This document shows positions 17,085 through 25,608 of a DNA stretch of 25,608 nucleotides, piece after piece. A model generated the notes under the pieces. That model was not told the origin of the DNA and searched no databases. It saw nothing but the letters and a program-made list of their open reading frames with translations. The number at the start of each line of letters is the position of its first letter. Position 1 is the first letter of the stretch. Both the position numbers and the translations under genes were made by a program. Source of the DNA: a virus (Duplodnaviria > Caudoviricetes); the IMG/VR virus record IMGVR_UViG_3300002307_000209, positions 1-25,608 of that record, one strand, 5' to 3'.

Positions 17085-17498
17085 TTAAGCTGGAATATCC
17101 AAGGTGCAATCCAAGATAATCTGGTGCATACCAATCGTATCGTCAAATGTATTATATAACCACATTAGATCAGCTTTAGCAATCCAAAACCCGCCTGTGC
17201 CACCAAACTGCCCTTGATACCCATGCAACGCTTGAGCTAGTTGATTCTCTATTGTAAATCCATCTTCTAATTTTTGAGTGAATATAGACACTTGAAATAC
17301 TGGCGTATCTATACCTTTAACGCTTTGTGGTCCTGTATATACTGGCTGATGAACATTCCTCAACTGCCAAGTAATAAATTTAGTTTGTGTCTTTACAAAA
17401 TTACGATTAAAAAGAGCATATACGGGAACAGGAGAAACAATGGTTTCCAGTTGTTTTTGTATTGCCTTTGCGTAATTAAGGACATTATTTTGGCTCAT
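17085..17498 (-). CDS. Tail terminator protein (DUF3168/gp17-like)
   Basis: 137 aa with 'FITWQ', 'FQVSIFT' and 'LAQALHGYQG'; lies just before the major tail gene. Confidence 0.7.
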   Translation of the reverse strand: MSQNNVLNYAKAIQKQLETIVSPVPVYALFNRNFVKTQTKFITWQLRNVHQPVYTGPQSVKGIDTPVFQVSIFTQKLEDGFTIENQLAQALHGYQGQFGGTGGFWIAKADLMWLYNTFDDTIGMHQIILDCTLDIPA

Positions 17499-17839
17499 AC
17501 TGGCGCACTCGGATCATTTCTATAGCATAAAAGGGTTACATTCATGCGATCATTTGATTCAATACAATCGGTAATACGCCAATCCTGACCACGCCAAGTA
17601 ACAGAATATAAGTTTTGATTATCTACAATCTCTTTTAAATTGGGAGTGTAATTACAAGTCAGGTTAGTAAGGTCTGAATAAATACGGTATTTCTCAGAAA
17701 TTCTAAGGCTGTTATGGACATCTTTAACCCTTGCACGGGTTTCAAACCAAGGGGCTATAGTTGTAGTCTGTTCACCATATTGGCTTGTGCCATTGGTTAC
17801 ATGATTAATTGTGATGTTCTCATACCGTGCTATAGACAT
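17495..17839 (-). CDS. Head-tail adaptor/head closure (stopper) protein
   Basis: 114 aa with 'YGEQTTT..PWFETRARV' and 'VTWRGQDWRITD'; follows the connector gene. Confidence 0.75.
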   Translation of the reverse strand: MSIARYENITINHVTNGTSQYGEQTTTIAPWFETRARVKDVHNSLRISEKYRIYSDLTNLTCNYTPNLKEIVDNQNLYSVTWRGQDWRITDCIESNDRMNVTLLCYRNDPSAPV

Positions 17840-18508
17840 TTACATCACCAAAGGCTTATAAGGGCGCAATAATTGAGCCACGCCAAAAGGAATCTCTTGT
17901 AGCCCACCAGCAATAGAATTGCTACGATTGTTATACAAATGAGTTAAAAGCAATAAAGCGGCTTGTTTAATAACTGGATATTGAGCTACAGGATTGGCAT
18001 TTGTCGTATATTCAATAACTACAGGATTGGTCATCCATTCGCTAACATCATTAGGAATACTGCTTACCAAGACTTTATTGCCTGTTGGATCATAAAAATA
18101 TAAAGAAGAACTTAATGGGGTCAATACTGGTGGATTGCCGCCAGAATAGTAAGAAACACTATTAATAACGGTTCCAGGCTGATTTCTAAAGTTTTGGCTG
18201 ACCTCTGGCAAGTCAAATGCTGACTGAGTGCCTGTCATGCCATTTGTAGCCCCGTAGTAAACACGCCAGCGAATAGGGAATATAGACATCCCAAGATAGT
18301 CCTCAATCGCCATACGGGTCGCTAATTCAAGCCCAATCAGATAACTATCTTGGCTCTCATCGTGAAAAAGATTAAGCTGATTAGTAATCTCATCAAGAGT
18401 AAGCCAAGATGTTTGAATATCACGGCTTACTTGTTCAATCTTTTCGTAGCTAAAAGGGTTACGAGTAGTCCCTAAATAGGGACCATTCGTTAGACTATCT
18501 AATGGCAT
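17840..18508 (-). CDS. Head-tail connector (HK97 gp6-like, long type)
   Basis: 'LTLDEITNQLNL...QDSYLIGL..ATRMAIEDYLG' and C-terminal 'PVIKQAALLLLTHLYNNRS...EIPFGVAQLLRPYK'. Confidence 0.9.
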   Translation of the reverse strand: MPLDSLTNGPYLGTTRNPFSYEKIEQVSRDIQTSWLTLDEITNQLNLFHDESQDSYLIGLELATRMAIEDYLGMSIFPIRWRVYYGATNGMTGTQSAFDLPEVSQNFRNQPGTVINSVSYYSGGNPPVLTPLSSSLYFYDPTGNKVLVSSIPNDVSEWMTNPVVIEYTTNANPVAQYPVIKQAALLLLTHLYNNRSNSIAGGLQEIPFGVAQLLRPYKPLVM

Positions 18509-18516
18509 GGCTTACC

Positions 18517-19569
18517 TTAACTGTGGGTCAAACGAACACCAGCGAATACATCACGAATTGTAGAGCAAACACGCTTTTCGCAAAATAAAGTAATAAAACC
18601 AGGCTTTGTTTGTTCAAAAGCCTTAATGCTCATTAATTCATTATCAGCAATCGTTACAAATTGGCTCCAAGCCGCCAAATAAACTGGGAATTTGCCAGCA
18701 CCAGCAACATCCATATATGGATTAGGGATAACTGGGAAACCAAACATATAAACAACTGCGCCGCCATCTTCATCGCCAACTTCTAAGAAATAAGGAATAC
18801 CAGATGTAGAAGTAACCAATTCACGCAATGCGGTAATAGTAGCTGGGTGCATCATCCAAGCAGTTGTTGAATCTGTCCAATATTGTGGGGGCAATGCGCC
18901 AGCCAAATTAGCCAAATCGTTATAACTAACTGCACCAGCAGATGCTTGAGTTACCTGATAAACAGTATGTCTGCCATTGGTAATGGCTGAACCATCTGAT
19001 CCAAAAGCGGCGGCAGATGTAGAACCAGGATAGCTATTTAAACCACGCAGACCTTGAGTTGCGCCATAGTTATAGGTAGTAGAGCCAGCTTGATCGTTAT
19101 TTAACATCATGGAAAGTGCTTCTTGTTGAGCAAATTCCAAAGCAATATCGCCTACGATTGCTTCATTAATATTATTAATATCGCCCATAACTGCTGTACG
19201 AATAGGAACCACAGCATTTACAGCACGAACTGGCAACTGCCAGTAAGTAGTAGCAAGACCAGATGCGGCATTGGCATTGTTATTGTTAATTGGATAACCC
19301 CAAGGGTTAAAAGTGCTACCTTGCTGGACATTGGTAATGTTGCCTGTTTTTGCAACAAACGCTTCATCGGAACCAATAGTCTGAACAACTCTTGCTCCAG
19401 CATTACGAATTGGATTGTTTTGACGCAATGCGGCAAACGCATCGTCATAAATTACACGACCACCAACACCTGAACCAGAGCCAGTAAGTGCTGATGCTTC
19501 ATTAAGGTTTACTGTAGCTTCGCCATTTTTAAGGGCGTTTTGGACTGCTTCAAGAATTAGATTTGCCAT
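18517..19569 (-). CDS. Second HK97-fold capsid protein (paralogue of the MCP lacking the long delta domain)
   Basis: Colinear motifs with the MCP (GGR..YD..F..LR..NP.R; AKTGN; PIRTA...DI; LEF.Q.E...M..NNDQ; LP..YWT; QT.PGFIT.F.EKR) and HK97-type 'AWMMHP', 'MFGFPVIPNPYM'. Confidence 0.85.
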   Translation of the reverse strand: MANLILEAVQNALKNGEATVNLNEASALTGSGSGVGGRVIYDDAFAALRQNNPIRNAGARVVQTIGSDEAFVAKTGNITNVQQGSTFNPWGYPINNNNANAASGLATTYWQLPVRAVNAVVPIRTAVMGDINNINEAIVGDIALEFAQQEALSMMLNNDQAGSTTYNYGATQGLRGLNSYPGSTSAAAFGSDGSAITNGRHTVYQVTQASAGAVSYNDLANLAGALPPQYWTDSTTAWMMHPATITALRELVTSTSGIPYFLEVGDEDGGAVVYMFGFPVIPNPYMDVAGAGKFPVYLAAWSQFVTIADNELMSIKAFEQTKPGFITLFCEKRVCSTIRDVFAGVRLTHS

Positions 19570-19578
19570 GTTATTTCC

Positions 19579-19623
19579 AAAATTAAAAATTAAAAGTGGG
19601 GGAGTTTTTGGCTCCCCCTACTT
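19579..19623 (-). terminator. Intrinsic terminator between the two capsid genes
   Basis: AAGT(A)GGGGGAG-CCAAAAA-CTCCCCCACTT followed by TTAATTTTTAATTTT. Confidence 0.8.
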
Positions 19624-19624
19624 A

Positions 19625-20992
19625 TTACGCTGTTGTGCTTGTTACAGAACGATAGCGAATGATGCTAAATGGATCAACTACTGATGTTGCCAAACGCTTC
19701 TCACCAAAGAAAGTGATAAAGCCAGGCAATGTTTGATCATAGCGGCGGAGCACCATGTTCAAACGATCAACAATAGTATGACCACGATTCCAATCACCAA
19801 AATACATTGGGAATTGGTTTACTGTAGTGCCAGATGGTGCGGCAGACAACAATAGTGGATTATCCACATATTTGTTTACTACAACATCAAAGCCTAACAA
19901 CTTACCAACGATTCCATCGTAGATCAATGGGGACATACGCTCAAATACTGGTGTGCCATTGTCATCAACTAAACCACGAACTGCGGCAAGCATAGTTGGG
20001 GAAATAACAAACTTAGCAGAAGTTGTCCAGTATTCTTGTGGCAAGCTGTAAATAAAGTTTACGATGTCTTTATAAGACACTTTATTTGCTGTGCTACCTA
20101 CTGTGTTTTCTGTTAATTGGTCATAAGTTGCAATAGTAGCCAAGCCATCTGTAGAAGCTGTACCAGATGAACCGAAAGCCGCTGTTGTAATTACGCCACC
20201 AGTATAAGTAGCATTTGCACCAGCATACTGGTTCAAGCCGCGAATACCATTAGAACCACCGTAAGGAGTTGCAGATGGAGATAATTGATCGTTATTAGCA
20301 ATCATAGCTTGACCTTCAACTTGTGAGAATTCAAGCAACATATCATCAACTACATTTGATTCTAAGCCATCAATGTCATCCAAAGCCGCAGTACGGATAG
20401 GGAACTGAACATTCAAATCCTGGAGAACTACTTGCCAGATGTTTGTGTTTTCAGTTGTAGGTGCGCCGTTGTTTTGAATTGCATAACCCCATTGTGCGCC
20501 AGCATTGCCAGTTTTTGCACGGAACTGATAAACAGAGCCATCAGTTGTAACATTTCGTGAAACACCACGCATAGGGTTTTCCAAACGCAACTTGTGGAAT
20601 ACAGGATCGTAGGCAGTACGACCACCAACATTGTAACCACCACCGTAACCCGCTGGATTACCGATTTGTGAACCATCTTCCTTCAAATATGCTTGATATT
20701 CAGATTCATCGGCAAACATTTCAAAGTCTTTATCCAAACGACCTTTTTTAACCATCTTTTTAAGTTGTTCTGTAACTTTGCGGTTTACATCAACTTTGAT
20801 GGATTTTGCTGGAGTGCGGATATATTCTGGAACTTGAATTGCAGAAATTTTAGCTTCCAAAGCAACAACTTGCTCAGACATTTCAGCTTTAACGGCTTCA
20901 ACGGCGGCAACTGCTTCTTCTTTTACTTTAGCCATTTCAGCTACTTGAGTAGCTTCGATAGCATCAAGTTTTTCGATAATTTTATCGGACAT
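19625..20992 (-). CDS. Major capsid protein, HK97 family, with N-terminal coiled-coil delta/scaffold domain
   Basis: About 100-aa Ala/Glu/Lys coiled-coil N-terminus, then 'KLLGFDVVVNKYV', 'MYFGDWNRGHTIVDR' and 'PGFITFFGEKR'. SD AAGGA; follows the protease gene. Confidence 0.93.
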   Translation of the reverse strand: MSDKIIEKLDAIEATQVAEMAKVKEEAVAAVEAVKAEMSEQVVALEAKISAIQVPEYIRTPAKSIKVDVNRKVTEQLKKMVKKGRLDKDFEMFADESEYQAYLKEDGSQIGNPAGYGGGYNVGGRTAYDPVFHKLRLENPMRGVSRNVTTDGSVYQFRAKTGNAGAQWGYAIQNNGAPTTENTNIWQVVLQDLNVQFPIRTAALDDIDGLESNVVDDMLLEFSQVEGQAMIANNDQLSPSATPYGGSNGIRGLNQYAGANATYTGGVITTAAFGSSGTASTDGLATIATYDQLTENTVGSTANKVSYKDIVNFIYSLPQEYWTTSAKFVISPTMLAAVRGLVDDNGTPVFERMSPLIYDGIVGKLLGFDVVVNKYVDNPLLLSAAPSGTTVNQFPMYFGDWNRGHTIVDRLNMVLRRYDQTLPGFITFFGEKRLATSVVDPFSIIRYRSVTSTTA

Positions 20993-21002
20993 GATTTTTT
21001 CC

Positions 21003-21803
21003 TTAAATACGATTAGATAAACGCTTCATCAATTCTCTTTCCTCTAGGGCTTTAAGAATCTCATCAGCTTCATTGACCACCGCTTCAAGTTCACCTTGTT
21101 GTGGGGCTACCTCAGTAATTGTTACTTCTGGTTCAACTTCACGCTGTTCCAATACTTTCTTGAGGATTGAAGATGCGGTGGTCGCATCTTTCTTGGAAAG
21201 TCCAGCATCACGCAAGGCTTTCTCAATTAAACGGGGATTTGCTTTGCCTTCTGCATCAAAATATTCTAGCTTTTGAATTTCTGCGGCTGGATTATTTGGA
21301 TACATGACTACAGAAACTTCACGCAAACCACCTTTAGTAATTTGGAAATATTCTTCTCCATCCATGTCATCTTCTGCTACTGGATTGCCAGCTTCATCAA
21401 CCATACAGGCTTCATCAGCATAAGCACCAACAGAAACACCACCAAATAATGCTGGAGAGTTTTTAAGAACTTCGTAAAGGTCTGATCCTGTAGAAGTGTT
21501 CATAAACAATTCACCAGTAGCAGTCATACCTTTTTTATCAAAATTGAATTCTGTCCATTGACCAACAGGCATACCCATGTCGTTATGGTTTAAAAACATT
21601 GGCAATGGTTTGCCAGATGCGGCAAATTCATTTGCCCATTCTTTAAAGCCTTCAGGCTGATAATTAAATCTGCGCCCGTCTGCGCCTTCTCTTGCGCCCC
21701 AAGAAGTTACCCTAGCTTCAATCTTTCCGCTTGGTGCTTTGTCTTTTGAGGATTGGTTTAGGCTTAACTTTGCTTCGCAAATTAGATTTAGGGTTTGATT
21801 CAT
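21003..21803 (-). CDS. HK97-family prohead protease
   Basis: 'LPMFLNHN...PVGQW', 'GVSVG' (catalytic Ser), 'LREVSVVMYPNNPAAEI', and C-terminal 'IEKALRDAGLSKKDA'. Confidence 0.92.
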   Translation of the reverse strand: MNQTLNLICEAKLSLNQSSKDKAPSGKIEARVTSWGAREGADGRRFNYQPEGFKEWANEFAASGKPLPMFLNHNDMGMPVGQWTEFNFDKKGMTATGELFMNTSTGSDLYEVLKNSPALFGGVSVGAYADEACMVDEAGNPVAEDDMDGEEYFQITKGGLREVSVVMYPNNPAAEIQKLEYFDAEGKANPRLIEKALRDAGLSKKDATTASSILKKVLEQREVEPEVTITEVAPQQGELEAVVNEADEILKALEERELMKRLSNRI

Positions 21804-21936
21804 TGACTATCCCATTCTTAATAGATTGATTATCGTCTGTTATTTTAACTTGGGATTTTGTCTTTGTTGGAAGTTTAACATTATTTTTAACGAGTTGATA
21901 ACCGAATATTCCAACAATCTTGTTTAATGAGTTCAT
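21718..21936 (-). CDS. Possible small basic protein between portal and protease
   Basis: ATG lies 1 nt after the portal stop and the ORF fills a 134-nt gap, but its last 86 nt overlap the protease gene in another frame. Confidence 0.35.
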   Translation of the reverse strand: MNSLNKIVGIFGYQLVKNNVKLPTKTKSQVKITDDNQSIKNGIVNESNPKSNLRSKVKPKPILKRQSTKRKD

Positions 21937-21937
21937 A

Positions 21938-23380
21938 TTATTTTCCTATATTCATTTTTTTTGTTTGATTCCCGCCGCCACCGCCAGTATCTTGTGGTGA
22001 TGTACCTGGCAATGGCTCTACTTTAGCTGTTTTTTGACCAGTTGGCACATTTGTAGATGTAATAGCCTTAGTATTTACTGATAATAGCTCATCACCACCT
22101 TCAACTGTTGCCATATTCATGTATTCACGGGCTTCATTAGGGGTCATAATGCCACCAGCAACGCCAGCATTTACAAAGTTCATTTGGTCTAAAGCGGCTC
22201 CTTTTAGGAAATCTTTAGTATCAAAACGGATTCCTAAGTTTGGATAACCTTTTAACAATCCCATTTTAAACTTTTGCTCAATAGCAATAATCATGGGGTA
22301 CATAGTAGTTTTATAGAACTCATCAAGCAATGTCTGAGTATTATTAAATTTACCTATATCCAAACCAAGCATTTGTGGTGGAACGCCAAACAAAGCGCAA
22401 ATACGCTTAGTAGTTTGGTCTTTTAAGCGGGCGCAATCAGCATCCTGAAGGGTTAGCATCTGCAAAGGCTTATATTCCATTCCTTGATCTAACAACATAC
22501 CTTGACCTGGCTTAGATAGATCGGTAGGTTTAGAGCCTGTCATAGATGACCATGCTTCTTTTAATCTAGCGGCAATTTCCTTGTATTTAGCATCTGGAAT
22601 GACTTGTTGAGTAACAAACATACCACTTGGCTTTGCGCCATTTTGCATTACATAGTTTGCATAAAGATCAATATCTTGATCTAAAGCGACCAATTCAGTA
22701 GCCAAAATACCTTTGTTAAAGCCAGCAGAACCTTGCCATGCGGCTTCTGAAATATGAATTACTTGGTGAGCATCCAAAGGTTCATCACGGTTAAACCCGT
22801 AGGAAGGAGTAGATAAGCGATATGTAGGGTATCTAGCTGGATTCATCTGAGTGGTAATCAGAGTTGAATCTAAGTTATATAGCTCAATCGGTGTTTGATT
22901 AGCATCTTTTTGGTCTTTACGAAATAACAAAGTAAAGGTTTCTCCAGATAACAGATACCACATACACCATTGATACCAAAATTCATAACGGCTTTGAAAA
23001 TTATTGGGGTTTTCCAATAAATTTAATACTTGTTTAGCTTTGGTTTTGTCCCTTGGACCAACTTTATCGGATTGAACGGCATTTAAAAAATTGCCTTGAT
23101 CATCTTTAGAAACAACATTAATACTACATTGAGCCAATGCCCTAGCAATAACACCTACACAACTCATAATGGTTGAATTGCGGGTTAATACCGACATATC
23201 CACGATACGACCAGCGTTCGTGGTTGATGATGTAGTTACATATAAAAGCTGAAAATTTGCGCCGCCTTTGCCATCTTGGGTCTGACGAACGATCTGATTG
23301 CCTAATTGGGTTTGTCCAAAAAGGGTGTTATTTTCTTTTTGGATTGTTTTTTTCTTGCTGAAAATATCTCGAATACCCAT
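21938..23380 (-). CDS. Portal protein, HK97 family
   Basis: 'SCVGVIARALAQ', 'NLLENPNNFQSRYEFW', 'QNGAKPSGM', 'ICALFGVPPQMLG', 'GIMTPNEARE'. Confidence 0.95.
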   Translation of the reverse strand: MGIRDIFSKKKTIQKENNTLFGQTQLGNQIVRQTQDGKGGANFQLLYVTTSSTTNAGRIVDMSVLTRNSTIMSCVGVIARALAQCSINVVSKDDQGNFLNAVQSDKVGPRDKTKAKQVLNLLENPNNFQSRYEFWYQWCMWYLLSGETFTLLFRKDQKDANQTPIELYNLDSTLITTQMNPARYPTYRLSTPSYGFNRDEPLDAHQVIHISEAAWQGSAGFNKGILATELVALDQDIDLYANYVMQNGAKPSGMFVTQQVIPDAKYKEIAARLKEAWSSMTGSKPTDLSKPGQGMLLDQGMEYKPLQMLTLQDADCARLKDQTTKRICALFGVPPQMLGLDIGKFNNTQTLLDEFYKTTMYPMIIAIEQKFKMGLLKGYPNLGIRFDTKDFLKGAALDQMNFVNAGVAGGIMTPNEAREYMNMATVEGGDELLSVNTKAITSTNVPTGQKTAKVEPLPGTSPQDTGGGGGNQTKKMNIGK

Positions 23381-23410
23381 AATAAGCCCTCAGTTTTTAA
23401 CTATTTTATA

Positions 23411-25075
23411 TCAAAAACTTCTGAATCCAAAGCTGTTTGATACGAATGGATTATCCAAAGCGCAATGGAACGCTATAATCATGGCAATAATACCATCAAC
23501 CTTTGCCGCTTTGTCTGCTTCGTTTTTACGAACCTTAATGTTTCCATTGACATCGGTATAAACTTCGCAGTTTCCTAACTGCCAACCAACAAAAGGGTTT
23601 CCATTATGTTTAATGTTTTTACCCAAAATCATTTTTTCAACAAACTTAGAAGGATTATTTAATACTGCCATTCCTTGTCCAACCTTTTTTACAGGAATCC
23701 CAGCATCATGCAACCTAGACACCAAACTAGCCGCATTATAAGCATCGTAGCCTACTTCCTTGCAGTTGTATTTCTCAGCTTGCATCTTTATAAATTCGGA
23801 AATCTCTCTATCATCCATGACATTACCCTCGGTGAGCTTCAATATTCCAGAATCAATAGCGCATCGGAATATGTCCTGGTAATGTTTGGGGATAAGGGTA
23901 AACCCTTCCTCTGGTAAAAAGAATTGAAACTCTGCTTCATAGTCTGATTCGGTAAACCGCTTTAGCGTACATACGGCGTTTAAGTCCCTTGTTGCCGCTA
24001 AGTCAAATCCAATAAAAACGGCTTCTGGCTGGCGTTCTTCAGTGATCTGACAAGATGGGTCATCCCAGAATGATCGGTCTATCCAGGCTGAGTTGGCACT
24101 AACAAATATGTTAAGTGTCTTACATAAGAACTCATTAAGGGTTGCTGGTTTGTGTTTGGCTTCTTCTGCCCTATCTTTAATGGCATCCTCAAATACGCTA
24201 ATGCCGTGCATGGGATTAGCCTTTGCCCAGTTAAGTGGGTCTTTCCAATCGTCTTGCAAATCTAGCCCATAGAGCAAACCGAACCATCTAGGGTTATCGT
24301 TTACATCGCCATTAAGGATAGATTCCAACATTGCCAAATCTTCATAGAATTTGGTGTCTTTAGAAAAACTGGCTGTCGTGATATAGACCCGCAAAGGATT
24401 CTTACGGGCAACCATACCAGAATGTAGAACCTCAATGGAGTTGCGATCCGCAATAGCGGCGGCTTCGTCAATGATTACGCAAGATGGGTTTTTACCATCT
24501 CCCGTCTTTTTGGTATCTCGGCTTAGAGCCTTGAACATAGACTGACTATCGCCAGCCTTCTTAATTTCGTATTTGCTGACATTGAATTGGTTAGCCAACT
24601 CAGAATCCATATTTTCGATAAACCCTTTTGCGGCATCGAAAACAATGGATGCCTGTTCCCTGTTAGTAGCCAGAGTAAAGACTTCTGAGCCAGCTTCCCC
24701 ACAGAGTAACTCATATAGGGCAATTATGGATGTTAGTGTGGACTTACCAGCTTTTCTGGGAATGAACAGAATTACATCTCGCACCATTCTGTCGGCATGG
24801 TTCTTTTTAGAACGAAAGCCATAGATAGCGCAAATAAACAAAATCTGGAATGGTTCCAATACTACGGGCTTTCCCGCATCTGGTCCTTTGGTATGCTTTA
24901 ATGAAGATGCAAAGTCTAGGACATGGGTTGGGTAGTCTGGATCAAACTCCCATTCCCATTCCTTGTTTTCTAATTGGTTTAAAAATCTCTGGCAAGCCAA
25001 CTTCACATAGCGGCAGACATTAATTTCGCCTTTGGCTACGCTAACTGCGTATAGAATCCCGTCTTGCCAATCCAT
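23411..25075 (-). CDS. terL: Terminase large subunit
   Basis: 'LEPFQ', Walker A 'IPRKAGKS', Walker B 'VIIDE', 'ITTA', nuclease 'IGFDLA' and 'KVDGIIA'. Confidence 0.97.
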   Translation of the reverse strand: MDWQDGILYAVSVAKGEINVCRYVKLACQRFLNQLENKEWEWEFDPDYPTHVLDFASSLKHTKGPDAGKPVVLEPFQILFICAIYGFRSKKNHADRMVRDVILFIPRKAGKSTLTSIIALYELLCGEAGSEVFTLATNREQASIVFDAAKGFIENMDSELANQFNVSKYEIKKAGDSQSMFKALSRDTKKTGDGKNPSCVIIDEAAAIADRNSIEVLHSGMVARKNPLRVYITTASFSKDTKFYEDLAMLESILNGDVNDNPRWFGLLYGLDLQDDWKDPLNWAKANPMHGISVFEDAIKDRAEEAKHKPATLNEFLCKTLNIFVSANSAWIDRSFWDDPSCQITEERQPEAVFIGFDLAATRDLNAVCTLKRFTESDYEAEFQFFLPEEGFTLIPKHYQDIFRCAIDSGILKLTEGNVMDDREISEFIKMQAEKYNCKEVGYDAYNAASLVSRLHDAGIPVKKVGQGMAVLNNPSKFVEKMILGKNIKHNGNPFVGWQLGNCEVYTDVNGNIKVRKNEADKAAKVDGIIAMIIAFHCALDNPFVSNSFGFRSF

Positions 25076-25542
25076 CAGCCTTTGGGTCCTTTTAGGAACC
25101 TAGCCACCGCTGTATTCTCTTGAGCTTTGCCAGAAGATAATCGGCTTCTAGGGGTTAGCCCTAATTCATTCATTAGTAGGATGATCTTGGCTAATGTCTT
25201 CTCGCGAATAGTTACATGGGGATTAGGTCCTACAGTTTTACCATCGTTATATTCAGCAATGATTCCCTGGGCGGCTATTCCTTTGTTGCACTCTATGTAG
25301 AGATCAATCTGATCTGCCAACATGGTAATAGTGTGCTTGTCCTGATCGTTTCCAATTCCGTAGGTAGTGTAGAGAAAGTCGGCAGTTTCCAGAATGAACT
25401 GTCGCTTGTCCCACGCATCTGGGTTATCCAACCATTCAGCGGGTGGAATCCTCTTGCGTAAAGATTCAGGAATCAGAACGCCTTGATTCACGCCCTTGGT
25501 TCCCTGAACGATGTGTAGTTCTGGTGGTAATTTGTTTTGCAT
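25075..25542 (-). CDS. terS: Terminase small subunit (P27-like family)
   Basis: 'LHIVQGT', 'PPAEWL', 'NPHVTI', 'ELGLTPRSR'. Coupled to terL by a TGATG overlap; SD AGGAG. Confidence 0.9.
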   Translation of the reverse strand: MQNKLPPELHIVQGTKGVNQGVLIPESLRKRIPPAEWLDNPDAWDKRQFILETADFLYTTYGIGNDQDKHTITMLADQIDLYIECNKGIAAQGIIAEYNDGKTVGPNPHVTIREKTLAKIILLMNELGLTPRSRLSSGKAQENTAVARFLKGPKG

Positions 25543-25562
25543 TTTTGTGTTCTCCTGTAGCT

Positions 25563-25592
25563 ATAATACAACACCCCCCTTTTGGAACTCAA
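25563..25592 (-). promoter_or_regulatory. Candidate sigma70-type promoter upstream of terS
   Basis: TTGAGT-N18-TATTAT, with the -10 element ending 20 nt upstream of the ATG. AT-rich context makes a chance match possible. Confidence 0.3.
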
Positions 25593-25608
25593 TTTGTAGA
25601 AAATTGGG

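Noticed and set aside
19625-19630. Frameshift or read-through fusing the two capsid genes
   Set aside because: The MCP ends in tandem TAA TAA followed by a terminator, there is no slippery site, and the second gene has its own ATG.
21804-21815. Amber read-through or alternative genetic code extending the protease (ATG GGA TAG TCA ATG)
   Set aside because: TAG acts as a normal stop elsewhere (7752, 16273), and all genes are full length under the standard code.
2208-24723. Nested minus-strand alternate-frame ORFs (2208..2411, 6138..6350, 16481..16681, 19218..19448, 20428..20676, 24523..24723)
   Set aside because: Short ORFs lying within or across real genes. Their Leu/Val-rich composition is the expected off-frame reading of T-ending codons.
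23411-25075. Intein or intron in terL
   Set aside because: The 554-aa length is typical, the motifs are contiguous and no splicing motifs are seen.
317-25461. All plus-strand ORFs in the track (e.g. 317..523, 2107..2334, 2551..2736, 2851..3123, 3447..3686, 13877..14143, 19123..19473, 20693..21016, 23298..23561, 25216..25461)
   Set aside because: They are antisense shadows of well-supported minus-strand genes, mostly with non-ATG starts and no motifs. Those in the fibre gene arise from its repeat periodicity.

Overview
The window is a continuous minus-strand virion morphogenesis operon of a long non-contractile-tailed (siphovirus-type) phage or prophage with an HK97-type head. In transcription order (right to left) it encodes TerS, TerL, portal, prohead protease, two tandem HK97-fold capsid paralogues separated by an intrinsic terminator, head-tail joining proteins, tail terminator, major tail protein, a displaced HK97-gp10-like gene, tail chaperones G/GT with a lambda-type GGGAAAG -1 frameshift, tape measure, distal tail, hub, a GNAT acetyltransferase, and a J-like tail tip. 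A fibre/receptor-binding region follows: an adaptor, a LamG/SPRY lectin-like protein, an inserted HNH endonuclease, a chaperone-like protein, a BppU-like anchor, a 753-aa Gly-X-Ser repeat fibre and a second adaptor copy. The window ends with a SAM methyltransferase and a truncated GT-A glycosyltransferase that the ORF track missed. The most notable items are the two-capsid-protein head, the Ser/aromatic-rich fibre next to glycosyl- and methyltransferase genes, the GNAT in the tail-tip module, and an HNH insertion that seems to have replaced the 3' end of its upstream gene. All protein calls come from motif recognition and gene order; no database search was run.
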